64,000 nucleotides of DNA from a bacterium (GTDB lineage: Bacteria; UBA8248), in contig CBDCRP010000003.1 of the NCBI GenBank assembly GCA_965221165.1, forward strand, positions 1,600,001 through 1,664,000. Direction: 5' to 3'. How positions within the stretch are numbered: position 1 is the first letter of the stretch; every line of letters starts with the position of its first letter. Shown here in pieces: positions 30,905 to 41,568 of this stretch. The notes under the pieces are model-generated. The model ran no database searches. It saw nothing but the letters and a program-made list of their open reading frames with translations, and had not been told where the DNA came from. A program made the position numbers and the translations under genes.

Positions 30905-31924
30905 ATGAACGACGCTGCCTCGTCGGGAGAAAAAATGCCCGCAACGACATCATTGCCTCTTTCCTCAAACGGCGCTCCGAAATTCATAGACCGCATCCGG
31001 CGGGATGCGGCGCATCTGGAGCGCACGGAACTCTCCACGCTACAGGTCAACGTGGGCAAGTACTGCAACCAAAAGTGCGCGCATTGCCATGTGGGCGCGG
31101 GCCCGCACCGCAAGGAGATCATGACCGGGGAAACGGCGAGCCGCATCATCGAATGGCTCGAGGATACCCGAATCCCCAACGTCGACATCACGGGAGGCGC
31201 GCCTGAACTGAACCCCCACTTCAGGCGCATCGTCACCCGCGCCCGCCGCAAGGGCCGGAACGTGATGGTTCGCTGCAACCTCACGGTCGTGTATGAGCCG
31301 GGCGAAGAGGATTTAATCGATTTCTACCGCGAGAACCGGGTGGAACTCATCTGCTCGCTGCCTTGCTATCTCGAGGAAAACGTGAACGCCCAGCGCGGAG
31401 ACGGGGTGTTTGAAAAATCCATCCGCGCGCTCCGGGATCTGAACGAAGCGGGGTTCGGCCCTCCGGGAGATTTGCCCCTGAATCTCGTCTACAACCCCGT
31501 GGACGATCATCTCCCTCCCCCCCAGGAGGCGCTCGAGGCGGACTACAAACGAGAACTCCTCCGCCGCTACGGCATCCGCTTTCACCATCTCTACACCATC
31601 ACCAACATGCCCATCACCCGTTTCGCCAGTTATCTGAAGGTGAGCGGCAAACTGGATTCCTACATGGCCACGCTGCGCGAAGCCTACAATCCCGGGACGC
31701 TCCCCGGCCTGATGTGCCGAAGCCTCATCAGCGTGGGGTGGGACGGCGTCCTGTACGATTGTGATTTCAACCAGATGCTCGACATGTCCCTGGGCAACGG
31801 AACACCCCTGAAACTGTGGGACGTAGCACCCGCCGACCTGCTGGGCCGGGAAATTCTGCTGGGCGATCATTGCTTCGGCTGCACGGCCGGCGCGGGGTCG
31901 TCTTGCGGAGGCGCTCTGGCTTAG
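30905..31924 (+). CDS. arsS: ArsS-like radical SAM protein (DUF3641), Cys form
   Basis: CNQKCAHC, DITGGAPE, YDCDFNQML and HCFGCTAGAGSSCGG. Confidence 0.8.
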   Translation: MNDAASSGEKMPATTSLPLSSNGAPKFIDRIRRDAAHLERTELSTLQVNVGKYCNQKCAHCHVGAGPHRKEIMTGETASRIIEWLEDTRIPNVDITGGAPELNPHFRRIVTRARRKGRNVMVRCNLTVVYEPGEEDLIDFYRENRVELICSLPCYLEENVNAQRGDGVFEKSIRALRDLNEAGFGPPGDLPLNLVYNPVDDHLPPPQEALEADYKRELLRRYGIRFHHLYTITNMPITRFASYLKVSGKLDSYMATLREAYNPGTLPGLMCRSLISVGWDGVLYDCDFNQMLDMSLGNGTPLKLWDVAPADLLGREILLGDHCFGCTAGAGSSCGGALA

Positions 31925-31946
31925 GAGGCGGAATTCCGAAAAATAT

Positions 31947-32849
31947 TTGCCGGTTTGCCTCAAACCATCAAACTATGATGTTATCCGGTTTTGTTGTTCA
32001 CGAGTCTTGAATACGCTTTTCGAGACGAAAACGGAGCAAACTCCATTGTCGCGCTCACGAGGAACCAGACAGCAATATGTATGGTTGCGCGGACTGCTTG
32101 CCCTGACTTTAAGCCTTGCGCTCCTGAGCACCCCCGCATCCTGCGCATGGGCGACGGACCACGACATCGACGAAGAAGAGCAGACGGTTGAATCCATAGA
32201 CCCGCTCGAAGAGTTCAACCGCGCAGTCTTCGGTTTCAACGAAGTCCTGGACGCCGTCATCTTCCTGCCGCTCGCAAAAATATACCGGTTCATATTCCCC
32301 AAACCCATCCGCGATTCGTTCCGCAACTTCATGCGGAACCTGAACGCCCCCTTCATACTGGCGAACGACATCCTCCAGGGAGAGGGCGCGCGCGCCGAGA
32401 TTACCCTGAACCGGTTTTTGGTCAACACCACCCTGGGGGTGGGGGGACTCTTCGACGTGGCGAAAAACATGGGGCTTCCGCATCACGATGAGGATTTCGG
32501 CCAGACCCTCGGCGTCTGGGGAATGGGCGAGGGGATATACCTCGTGCTCCCCTTTCTGGGGCCATCGACGGTTCGCGACGGTTTCGGCAAGGTGGGGGAC
32601 GCCTTCATAAACCCGCTCAATTATGTGGGCGCCAGCGGTGACGATACGGAAAAAATCATTTTCGGAGAAAGATTCGACCTGGCGAATCTTCTTTTCGGGC
32701 TGAGGCTCATGGAGGTCATCGACACCCGCGAGCGGCTCATCGAGCCCCTCGAACTGCTCAGAAAAGACCCCCTGAACCTGGACTACTACGCCCTCATCCG
32801 CAGCGTCTTCCTCCAGAACCGCAAGCTCGAAATCTCGAACAAGAAATAA
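31947..32849 (+). CDS. mlaA: MlaA/VacJ family protein (true start probably downstream)
   Basis: DPLEEFNR, RFLVNTTLGVGGLFDVA, EDFGQTLG and LPFLGPSTVRD. Confidence 0.88.
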   Translation: MPVCLKPSNYDVIRFCCSRVLNTLFETKTEQTPLSRSRGTRQQYVWLRGLLALTLSLALLSTPASCAWATDHDIDEEEQTVESIDPLEEFNRAVFGFNEVLDAVIFLPLAKIYRFIFPKPIRDSFRNFMRNLNAPFILANDILQGEGARAEITLNRFLVNTTLGVGGLFDVAKNMGLPHHDEDFGQTLGVWGMGEGIYLVLPFLGPSTVRDGFGKVGDAFINPLNYVGASGDDTEKIIFGERFDLANLLFGLRLMEVIDTRERLIEPLELLRKDPLNLDYYALIRSVFLQNRKLEISNKK

Positions 32850-33042
32850 ACTTCGCCGGGCGCGCGCCGTGCCTTTCGTCGGCCATACGCGGACTTGCGG
32901 GAAAACGGGATTCCTACTCCCTGTCCTTGCCCTCATACACCTCGATGACGCGGGCGGCGTCGTCCTTGCCCCAGCCGCTCCTGCGCGCACCGCTTTTCAG
33001 GAGAAAGAGAATACCGCAAGATAGGGCGGAAATTTCATTCAC

Positions 33043-33639
33043 ATGGAGGTCTTCTTGGAAATTCTCGTGCCCGTCGTCATCGTGGGGTGCATCGCCTACG
33101 ACATCGGTTCGATCTCTCCCGCCTGGTTCGCCGCCAGGGCGAGGAGAATCGACTTGCGCGCGCATGGAGACGGCAACCTCGATTTCGCGAACGCCCGGGC
33201 CGTCCTGGGAGATCGCGTGGGAGCGCTCGTCTTCCTCGCCGATTTCCTGAAGGCGCAATTGGCGCTGGGCCTCGCCTGGTACATGAGCGGCTCCCCGTGG
33301 ATCGCCGCTCTGGCCTGCGTCGCCGTGGTGGCCGGTGAGATATGGCCGGTCTTTCACGGGTTTCGAGGCGGGCGCGGAACGGCGAGCGCGGCGGGCGCCC
33401 TGCTCGGCATATCGCCGTTCACCCTCGCGATCTGCGCGACCATCGCGCTGCTCGTCTCATCTTTAACCGGCAGGCGCGATCACGCGGAACTCATCGCCAT
33501 CCTGCTGCTGCCCGCCGTCGCCATTTTCGTCGGCAAGGGAGACATCCCCCTCATGAGCCTCACCATCATCCTGACCGGGTTGCTCCTCTGGACGCGCAGG
33601 GAACTCATAGGGGAACTGATAGGCGCCGAAAAAGAATAA
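33043..33639 (+). CDS. plsY: Glycerol-3-phosphate acyltransferase PlsY family (divergent)
   Basis: YDIGSI, DLRAHGDGN...N, DFLK and PVFHGFRGGRG motifs; multi-TM. Confidence 0.7.
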   Translation: MEVFLEILVPVVIVGCIAYDIGSISPAWFAARARRIDLRAHGDGNLDFANARAVLGDRVGALVFLADFLKAQLALGLAWYMSGSPWIAALACVAVVAGEIWPVFHGFRGGRGTASAAGALLGISPFTLAICATIALLVSSLTGRRDHAELIAILLLPAVAIFVGKGDIPLMSLTIILTGLLLWTRRELIGELIGAEKE

Positions 33640-33964
33640 AACCTAAAAAAAAAAGACCTTTACTACAACGCGGGACGATTACCACGGACGTGATCCTCGG
33701 AGCCACCGGTATTCTCGGTGGGCGAGCCGTTGTGAGAGCATCGCGGCGTGTTTTCATGGATGCGCAGGTTCCTGCGGCGGTGCGTGGCTGTTGTCGTTTT
33801 CCGCGCCTGGCGTACATCAGCCGGTCGGTTGCCGCTCCTCGTGACGGACACCTTCGCCTCGACTTGCCGGGATGCAGAGGGAATAACCGCACGCAAGAGG
33901 TGGCAACGCATTATGGACCTTGTGACCCTGCGTGAGGCATATGACTTCGCGCGGTCGTACACCC

Positions 33965-34957
33965 TCAGGGCTTCAGCACCACCTTGATGGCGGCGCCCGG
34001 CTGGTCCTGAATGGCGAACCCCTCGGGAGCATCATCCAGGTCGAGGGCATGGGAAATCAAGGGCCGGCGCCGGACCTTGCCGCTTTCAACGAGCTCGATG
34101 GCGCGGCGGTAGTCGTCCCCGGTCCAGGTCCAGGACCCATGGATGGCTACGTGTTTGCGCACCACCTGGTTGAAATCCAGAGCCGCGGGACGCTCGAACA
34201 GGGCGACAAAAACCAAACGGCCGTATTGCTGCTTCAGCATGAGCAGGCCCTGGTTTGGCGAAGACGGTGCGCCGGCGCAGTCAATCACCAGATCGGCGTT
34301 GCCGCCGCGAACGCCGAAACGCTCCACCGGCTTGGCGCCGCCCGTGAGTTCAATCACGGCTTCCACCGGGTCGGTTTCGGTCAGGTCGACGACGGCGTCG
34401 GCGCCGAGACGCTTGGCCATGTTCAAGCGGCGTTCGGAAACGTCGACGGCGATGACGCGGCAGTCGACGGTCGCCCGGATGGCCTGGACACAGCCGAGGC
34501 CGATAATGCCTGCGCCCAGCACAACCACCGTCTCACCGGCCGCGGGCCGTCCCAGGGACACGCCATGCAGAGAGGTGGCCAGCGGTTCAAGCGTCGCGCC
34601 GTCCTCGAAGCTGATGGGTTCCGGCAGGATGTGCGGGCTGCGTTCGGTAACGCGAACCGCCACGTACTCCGCGAAGCCGCCGTGCCCTAGCCCGGTGATG
34701 CGATCCCCGACCCGAAAGCCGCTGACCTTCTTCCCCACCTCGACGATTTCACCGCTCAGTTCATGACCCATGATGCGCCGGTTGTCGTCAATCGGGCGCC
34801 CCAGCACCTCGAACATGCCGAGGCGGTACATGTGCAGATCGGAACCGCAGATGCCGCACGCCCTCACCCGCACCAATACGTCATAATCACCGGTTTCCGG
34901 CCGCTCCACCTGCTCCACCCGGATGTCCCGCGGTCCGTGATATACGGCTGCCTTCAT
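33965..34957 (-). CDS. Zinc-binding medium-chain dehydrogenase
   Basis: CGICGSDLH, GHE and GAGIIG; lacks the structural Zn Cys cluster. Confidence 0.88.
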   Translation of the reverse strand: MKAAVYHGPRDIRVEQVERPETGDYDVLVRVRACGICGSDLHMYRLGMFEVLGRPIDDNRRIMGHELSGEIVEVGKKVSGFRVGDRITGLGHGGFAEYVAVRVTERSPHILPEPISFEDGATLEPLATSLHGVSLGRPAAGETVVVLGAGIIGLGCVQAIRATVDCRVIAVDVSERRLNMAKRLGADAVVDLTETDPVEAVIELTGGAKPVERFGVRGGNADLVIDCAGAPSSPNQGLLMLKQQYGRLVFVALFERPAALDFNQVVRKHVAIHGSWTWTGDDYRRAIELVESGKVRRRPLISHALDLDDAPEGFAIQDQPGAAIKVVLKP

Positions 34958-35061
34958 TCGCATGCATCGTCCCCTTCGCATCAACAGTGTCGGGTCGCCC
35001 GTATGAGCGAATCATACGGGCGGCCCGGTGCGGGAAAAGACAAAAACCAAGCAACCGACCC

Positions 35062-36489
35062 TTACAGCGCGGGACGCCGGTTCCGCAACTCGGGCGTCGC
35101 CGCCTCGTAGGCGTGTACCGCGCCGAGCACTTCCGCCTCCTCCCAGGGCCGGCCAATCACCTGGAGGGAGAGGGGCATCCCTTCTTCTTCCGAAAACCCC
35201 GTGGGAACCACCGCCGCCGGAAATCCCGTCAGGTTCTGGTGGGTGAGGAACGGCATGGTGAGGGCCAAGGAGTAATCCACCTCCTCGCCGTTGATCCGGG
35301 CCTTGATGTCGTCGATTCGCGGGGCGATGCACGGCAAAGAGGGCGTGAGGATGACGTCCGCCCGATCGAAAAGGCCCAGGACCTCGCGCCGCAGCGCCTC
35401 CCGCTCGCGCCCGGCCCGGATGTACTCGTCCAGGTCGGCCCCCGCGAGGCTCGCCTCCACCCGCTCGCGCGTGGAGCCGCCGTAGCCGCCCGGGTTCTTC
35501 TCATAAAGCGGCCTGTGGAACTCGGCGAACTCGCACTGGATGATGACGCGGCTCACCTGCATGAGACGCTCCGCCTCGGCGAAGGGCAGCGTCTCGACCT
35601 GCGCCCCCAATTCGCGGAACACGCCGACGGCTTGTTCGAAGGCTTGCATCACCTCGGCGTCCGCCTCGAAGCCGCCCGAAAGACCGGGGCACAGGCCCAC
35701 CCGCAGACCCTCCGCACCCGCATCGAGCAGGGCGGAAAAATCGGGGAGCGGCGCATCGCGGCTGTAGGGGTCTTCGGGGTCGTAGCCCGCCATCCCTTGT
35801 AAGAAGAGAGCGGCGTCTTGTGCTGTGCGGGCGATAGGCCCCACGTGGTCGTAGCTCAGGCAGTTGGGACACACGCCGCGCAGACTCACCCGCCCGTGGG
35901 TGGGTTTGAGCCCCACCAGCCCGCACAGCGACGAGGGCCCCCGGATAGAGCTCCCCGTGTCCGTCCCGATGGCGGCCGGGCAAAGGCCCGCCGCGACCGA
36001 GACGGCCGAGCCGGTGCTGGAGCCTCCCGTCATGCGTGTCAAGTCCCACGGATTGCGCGCGGTGCCGAAGTGCGCGTTTTGGCTCAGCGGCCCGGAGGCG
36101 AACTCCTGGGTATGGCATTTTCCCAGCAGAATGGCGCCTGCGCGCTTGAGACGGGCGACGCATTCCGCGTCCTCCTCGGGTATGCGGTCGCGAAAGAAAC
36201 TCGACCCGCGCGTCGTCCGCACGCCCGCCGTGTCGATGATGTCCTTGACGCCGAAGGGAACCCCGTGCAGCGGGCCCCGCCTGCGCCCGGCGGCTATCTC
36301 CTCCTGCGCGCGCCTGGCTTCTTCCAGCGCGGCGTCGGCCGTCACCTCGAGAAAACCCAGGATACGGGGATTGAGCGAATCGATGCGCCCCAAATGCGCC
36401 TCGACCACGTCGACGGGAGAGAGTTCTCCCTCCCCGATTCGCTCGGAAAGCTCATGAATCTCCAGCCAGAAAATATCTTCTCCGCTCAT
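35062..36489 (-). CDS. Amidase (amidase-signature family)
   Basis: GPLHGVPFGVKD, GGSSTGS and GTDTGSSIR. Confidence 0.92.
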   Translation of the reverse strand: MSGEDIFWLEIHELSERIGEGELSPVDVVEAHLGRIDSLNPRILGFLEVTADAALEEARRAQEEIAAGRRRGPLHGVPFGVKDIIDTAGVRTTRGSSFFRDRIPEEDAECVARLKRAGAILLGKCHTQEFASGPLSQNAHFGTARNPWDLTRMTGGSSTGSAVSVAAGLCPAAIGTDTGSSIRGPSSLCGLVGLKPTHGRVSLRGVCPNCLSYDHVGPIARTAQDAALFLQGMAGYDPEDPYSRDAPLPDFSALLDAGAEGLRVGLCPGLSGGFEADAEVMQAFEQAVGVFRELGAQVETLPFAEAERLMQVSRVIIQCEFAEFHRPLYEKNPGGYGGSTRERVEASLAGADLDEYIRAGREREALRREVLGLFDRADVILTPSLPCIAPRIDDIKARINGEEVDYSLALTMPFLTHQNLTGFPAAVVPTGFSEEEGMPLSLQVIGRPWEEAEVLGAVHAYEAATPELRNRRPAL

Positions 36490-36790
36490 GGTACGCCCTC
36501 CTCGGGAACGCGCTCCCTCCCCCTGAATACCCGGATGCGAACCCCCTCGCGGATAAGCCGTTTTCATCCGTCGGGCCGCATCCCGGATGCGCCGGGGATG
36601 GGTGTGCAGTTTTCGGTTTTCAGCACGATGTAGAGTATGCTTTTGTATCTTAGCACGATCATGCTATAGTGCGGAGCATACTTCTCGTCGCATTCCATAC
36701 CCCTCTCCTGAAGGAGTGTTGCGGCATGGATGGTTACTGCTCCAGGCCTTCCCTGCATCGCGCCGAGTCATACACGCAGGAGGCGTGAGA

Positions 36791-37648
36791 ATGGCTTTCT
36801 GGCTCACCCAGTTGTTCAACGGCGTTTCCTACGGCGCCATCGTTTTCCTGCTCGCGATGGGTTTATCTCTCATATTCGGCGTCATGAAGGTCATCAACGT
36901 CACGCACGGAACCTATTTCCTCGTGGGCGCATACTTCGGACTCACGACCCTCAAGCAGACGGGGAATTTTTTCCTCGCCATCCTGATCGGCGGAGTCGCG
37001 ATCGCGATCCTGGGCGTAGTGATCGAGCGCATCTTTTTGCGCCGCCTTCAGGGGAACGACCTGGGCCAGGTCCTCATCACCATGGGCTTCGTTCTCGTTC
37101 TTCAGGACGCGATTCTCGTCATCTGGGGGCCCGACCCGGTCAGCATGGATGCGCCGAAGTTCCTGGCCAGCACGGGACGGATCGGGGGATTCTCCTTTCC
37201 GATGTACAGGTTGTTCCTCATCCTATTCGCCGCGGTAACGGCGGCGGCGCTGTGGTTCTTCGAGAGCAGGACCAAAATCGGCTCCTCGGTGAGAGCGGCT
37301 GTGGATGACGTGGAGATGGCGGGGGGGATGGGGGTAAACGTGCCCGTCGTGTTCAGCCTGGTTTTCGGACTCGGCTCGTTCCTGGCCGGCATGGGTGGCG
37401 TTCTGGCGGCGCCCTGGCTCGGCATCCATTCGGGGCTGGACTTTGAAATTCTACCGTTCGCTTTCGTCGCCGTTATCGTGGGTGGAATGGGCAGCCTCAA
37501 AGGCGCAATCATCGCCAGTTTGCTTGTAGGCATTATCGACAACATCGGGAAAACATTCTTCCCGGAATTCGCCTATTTCACCATATTCTTGCCCATGGCC
37601 GTCATCCTGGCGATTCGGCCCGCCGGGCTGTTCGGGAGAGCGATGTGA
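36791..37648 (+). CDS. livH: Branched-chain amino acid-type ABC permease
   Basis: GLSLIFGVMKVIN.THG and VGGMGSL. Confidence 0.85.
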   Translation: MAFWLTQLFNGVSYGAIVFLLAMGLSLIFGVMKVINVTHGTYFLVGAYFGLTTLKQTGNFFLAILIGGVAIAILGVVIERIFLRRLQGNDLGQVLITMGFVLVLQDAILVIWGPDPVSMDAPKFLASTGRIGGFSFPMYRLFLILFAAVTAAALWFFESRTKIGSSVRAAVDDVEMAGGMGVNVPVVFSLVFGLGSFLAGMGGVLAAPWLGIHSGLDFEILPFAFVAVIVGGMGSLKGAIIASLLVGIIDNIGKTFFPEFAYFTIFLPMAVILAIRPAGLFGRAM

Positions 37649-38598
37649 CGGGTGATCTTTTCACCAACCGAGGAAGAGTCGTTGCGATCGCCGCGGGGTT
37701 GGCTTTTTTTGGCATATCTCCGCTGTTCCTGGATGAATTCTCCGTGATCGTCCTGAACCAGTGTGTGATCTGGGGGATTCTCGCCCTAAGCCTCGACCTC
37801 ATGCTGGGCTACACGGGCATGGCCTCGCTGGGCCACGCGGCCTATTTCGGCACGGGGGCCTATGCGACGGCAATCATGTCGGTGAACTACGGGGCTTCGT
37901 TCATCGAAGCGCTCGCCGTCGCGTTGATCGTCGCCGCGGTAATAACGGCCATCTGCGCGATTGTCGCGCTGCGGGCCTCGGGCGTGTATTTCCTGATGAT
38001 CACGTTTGCTCTGGCCATGCTCGTTTGGGGGCTCGCCTACCGCTGGGACTCGATGACCGGCGGCGAAAACGGCATCGCGGGCATCGAGCGCCCGCTATTC
38101 CTGGAAGATACGGTCGTCTATTACTACTTCACCTTCCTCGTGGCCGCCGGCGTCTTCTTGTTCTTCTGCGTTCTCGTTCATTCCTGTTTTGGAAAGACGT
38201 TGGTGGGAATCCGCGAGAGTGAGTCCCGGATGCGGGCCCTGGGGTACAACGTATGGCTCCACAAGTTCATCATCTACATGATCTCGGGCATGTTCAGCGG
38301 CCTGGCCGGTTTTCTGTGGGCGTACTACAACAGCTACGTCGCTCCGACCGACGTCGAACTGGTGACCTCGTTCAACGCCCTGCTGATGGTTTCGCTGGGA
38401 GGAGCGGGAACGCTGGCCGGAGCCATTCTGGGCTCGACCATATTCATCATTCTCGACAACACCGTGAACATGTTTACCGAACGCTCGCTGACCGTCGTGG
38501 GTTGCATCTACATCGTGGTGGTTCTTTTCGCGCCCCAGGGCATCATGGGCTTCATCAAGCAGCTAAGGATGCGGGCTCACGAAGCGGACAACGAATGA
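37645..38598 (+). CDS. livM: Branched-chain amino acid-type ABC permease
   Basis: GYTGMASLGHAAYFG, TGGENG and IRESE. Confidence 0.85.
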   Translation: MTGDLFTNRGRVVAIAAGLAFFGISPLFLDEFSVIVLNQCVIWGILALSLDLMLGYTGMASLGHAAYFGTGAYATAIMSVNYGASFIEALAVALIVAAVITAICAIVALRASGVYFLMITFALAMLVWGLAYRWDSMTGGENGIAGIERPLFLEDTVVYYYFTFLVAAGVFLFFCVLVHSCFGKTLVGIRESESRMRALGYNVWLHKFIIYMISGMFSGLAGFLWAYYNSYVAPTDVELVTSFNALLMVSLGGAGTLAGAILGSTIFIILDNTVNMFTERSLTVVGCIYIVVVLFAPQGIMGFIKQLRMRAHEADNE

Positions 38599-38647
38599 TC
38601 GGTCCACTCGGGGGCCGTCATCGTCCATAAGAAGAGGAGGAATTTCC

Positions 38648-39907
38648 ATGATTCGAAAACGCATCGTTTTTCTCGTCGTTCCCCTCGCTTTTGCACTCGC
38701 TGCTCTAATCGCCGCCGGGCCTGCGCTTGCGGCGAAGGGGCCCATCAAAATCGGATTGCTCACCTCCAAGAAGGGGGTTCTCGCCAAGCACGGCTCCGAC
38801 CAGATGAACGCCCTCAAGGTGTTTCGTGAGAAGTTCGGGGACAAGGTCGCCGGCCGCGAGGTGAAATTCTTCGTGGAAGACAACGAGAGCAAAGTGGCCC
38901 TGGCCGTGACCCGGGTGCGGAAGCTCCTCACGCGGGACAAGGTCCATATCGCGATGGGCGGTCTTTTCGGCTCGACCGGCTACGCGATTGCGCCGTTGGC
39001 CGACCGGTACAAGACCCCAATCCTCATCTGGTCCTGTCCCGATGATATTTCCAAGCGAAAGCGCAAGAAATACGCAATCACGTATTTCTCTTGCAGCCAG
39101 CCCATGCACGCATTCGCCCATTGGGTGCGGACGTCGATGCCGAACATCAAGAGGGTGATTACCCTCGGCCCCGATTACGCGTTCGGCTATGAGTCGACGG
39201 GCGGCTTCCAGCAGGTGTTCGAAGACATGGGCGGCAAGGTGGTCCAAAAGATGTATATGCCCATCAGCACGGTGGATTACGGACCCTACATCGGCAAGCT
39301 TCGAAAGGACGCCGACGCCCTCTTCATCACCCTGGCGGGAGCGGTGCAGGCCCTGCGGCTGCCCAAACAACTGAAGGAGGCGGGTCTGGCGAACAAGTAC
39401 CTGATTCTGGGCAACGGAACGAATACGGACGAATTTGTCCTCTATGCCCAAGGTGATGAAGTGCTCGGCTGGATTTCGGGCCTGATCTACAGCGCCGACA
39501 TCCAGACCAAGGACAACCAGGATTTCGTCAAGGCGTTCAGGAAACACGCCAAGAAAGACCCCGGCTACTACGCCGAGGGGTATTACGGCGGACTGCGGCT
39601 CATCTACAAGGCGATCGAAGTCGTAGGCGGCAACGTGGAGGACAAGGACAAATTCTTCAGCACGTTGAGGAGCCTGAAGGTGGCCACCGGCTTGCCGGCG
39701 GGGCCGAGGGAGTCCGACGGCCACGGGACGTTCAAGATGAACGTGTACGTCCGCATGGTCATGAAGGATGAAACCGGCGTGAAGAAAAACAAGGTTTTGG
39801 CGGTCATCCCGAACGTGGGCCAGTTCTGGACGTACAAACCGGATGAATTCATGAAGCGGCCGCCCTACAGCAGGGATTACCCCCCATGCAAGAACTGCGG
39901 GAAGTAA
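38648..39907 (+). CDS. ABC substrate-binding protein (LivK/aromatic acid family)
   Basis: Signal peptide; IKIG, DYAFGYE and QFWTY.P...PPYSRDYP tail. Confidence 0.85.
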   Translation: MIRKRIVFLVVPLAFALAALIAAGPALAAKGPIKIGLLTSKKGVLAKHGSDQMNALKVFREKFGDKVAGREVKFFVEDNESKVALAVTRVRKLLTRDKVHIAMGGLFGSTGYAIAPLADRYKTPILIWSCPDDISKRKRKKYAITYFSCSQPMHAFAHWVRTSMPNIKRVITLGPDYAFGYESTGGFQQVFEDMGGKVVQKMYMPISTVDYGPYIGKLRKDADALFITLAGAVQALRLPKQLKEAGLANKYLILGNGTNTDEFVLYAQGDEVLGWISGLIYSADIQTKDNQDFVKAFRKHAKKDPGYYAEGYYGGLRLIYKAIEVVGGNVEDKDKFFSTLRSLKVATGLPAGPRESDGHGTFKMNVYVRMVMKDETGVKKNKVLAVIPNVGQFWTYKPDEFMKRPPYSRDYPPCKNCGK

Positions 39908-40028
39908 GGGCCGGTTAAATACCTGAACAAGGGCCGCCGCGCGCGGAACCAGGGTTTTTCCTTATCCGCGCGCGGTGATCCCCGCATCCCCGCCGGCGTC
40001 GGCTGAACGAGTGTAAGGAGGTTGCGCT

Positions 40029-40808
40029 TTGGAGCAGGAAACCCGCGAGGTTTCGAAACCTGAGTCCGCCGCATGCCTGAAAGTAGAGGGGCTCTCCAAA
40101 CACTTCGGCGGACTGGTAGCGGTCAAGAACGTCGACCTCGCCGTGGAGAACGGCGAACGCCGGGGCATCATCGGCCCGAACGGAGCGGGGAAGACGACGT
40201 TTTTCAACATGATCGCAGGCGAACTCGACCCGACGCACGGAAGGGTGCATCTCTACGGAGAGGATATCACGCGGCTGTCGACCCATCAGCGCACTCACCT
40301 CGGCATGGCCAGGACCTTCCAGATCACCAACCTGTTCCCCAACCTCTCCGTGTTGGACAACGTCCTGCTGGCGGCGCAGGCTCTGGACAGGTCGAAGTTC
40401 TCGATGATCCGCACCATCAAGAGCCATCGGCATATCTACCAGAAAGCCGAGGAGATGATGGGGAGGCTCAAGCTCTGGGATATTCAGAGCCATCTCGTGA
40501 AGAACCTCTCGCACGGTTACCAGAGGCAAATCGAGATTGCCCTCGCCCTGGTCGAAAACCCTAAACTACTGCTTCTCGATGAACCCACGGCCGGGCTCTC
40601 GCCCGCCGAATCCGCCGAGGTGGTTTCCCTCCTCAAGGATCTCGATTCGGATATGACGATGCTCATCATCGAGCACGACATGGACGTCGCTTTCGAACTG
40701 GTGGACAAGCTCATGGTCATGCACGAGGGAGAAGTCATCGCCGACGGTCCCAAAGAAGAAGTCCGCGCGAACCAGACCGTTCAGGAGATATACTTAGGCT
40801 ATGACTGA
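40029..40808 (+). CDS. livG: ABC ATP-binding protein
   Basis: GPNGAGKT, ARTFQ, LDEPTAG and EHDM. Confidence 0.88.
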   Translation: MEQETREVSKPESAACLKVEGLSKHFGGLVAVKNVDLAVENGERRGIIGPNGAGKTTFFNMIAGELDPTHGRVHLYGEDITRLSTHQRTHLGMARTFQITNLFPNLSVLDNVLLAAQALDRSKFSMIRTIKSHRHIYQKAEEMMGRLKLWDIQSHLVKNLSHGYQRQIEIALALVENPKLLLLDEPTAGLSPAESAEVVSLLKDLDSDMTMLIIEHDMDVAFELVDKLMVMHEGEVIADGPKEEVRANQTVQEIYLGYD

Positions 40809-41526
40809 TAACGGCCCGATGCTGAAAGTAGATGAGATTCATACCTATTACGGGGACAGCTACGTCCTGCAGGGACTCTCCCTCGAGATAGCCGAGGGCC
40901 AGGTCATGGCCGTCCTGGGCAGAAACGGCATGGGCAAGACCACGCTCATTCGCTCCATCATCGGATTCACGAAGCCGCGCACGGGAAAAGTCACCTTCGA
41001 GGGCGCCGACATCACGGGCTTACAACCGCACGAGATAGTAAACCTCGGCGTGGCCCTCGTGCCGCAGGGACGGCGCATCTTCCCCTCGCTCACCGTGATG
41101 GAGAATCTCCTGCTCGGAGAAAAACAAGGCTCCGCCGATGACGGCGAAGAACCCTGGGATATGGAGCGGGTGCTGACTCTCTTTCCGCGCCTCAAGGAAC
41201 GCCTGGGCAACATGGGGAATCAGTTGAGCGGCGGGGAGCAGCAGATGCTGGCTTTCGCCCGCTCCCTGATGACGAACCCGAAGATGCTCCTGCTGGACGA
41301 GCCCACCGAGGGACTTGCGCCTCTTCTGGTGCGCGCGATGGGAGAAATTCTTTCAAAACTAAAAGAGAGCAAGCTCGCCATCCTGCTCGTCGAGCAGAAC
41401 ATGAAGTTTGCGCTCGCCTCGTGCGATTACGTGCACGTGCTGAACCGGGGCCGCGTGGTGCACTCCTCCACGCCCGAGGAGCTTTCCGAAAACGAGGAAA
41501 TCAAATCCCGCTTCCTGGGCGTCTGA
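40801..41526 (+). CDS. livF: ABC ATP-binding protein
   Basis: GRNGMGKT, LSGGEQQM, LDEPTEGLAP and VEQN. Confidence 0.88.
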   Translation: MTDNGPMLKVDEIHTYYGDSYVLQGLSLEIAEGQVMAVLGRNGMGKTTLIRSIIGFTKPRTGKVTFEGADITGLQPHEIVNLGVALVPQGRRIFPSLTVMENLLLGEKQGSADDGEEPWDMERVLTLFPRLKERLGNMGNQLSGGEQQMLAFARSLMTNPKMLLLDEPTEGLAPLLVRAMGEILSKLKESKLAILLVEQNMKFALASCDYVHVLNRGRVVHSSTPEELSENEEIKSRFLGV

Positions 41527-41568
41527 TTCGCAAGCGAACCCGCCCTGGACTTATCGTAAACCCGGAAT

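Noticed and set aside
31880-31924. ArsS C-terminal motif as a fifth selenoprotein
   Set aside because: The codon is TGC (GSSC) and the gene ends at TAG; the glutaredoxin is likewise the Cys form (CTFC).
33660-33960. Short ORFs between plsY and the dehydrogenase
   Set aside because: No RBS, motif or codon-bias support.
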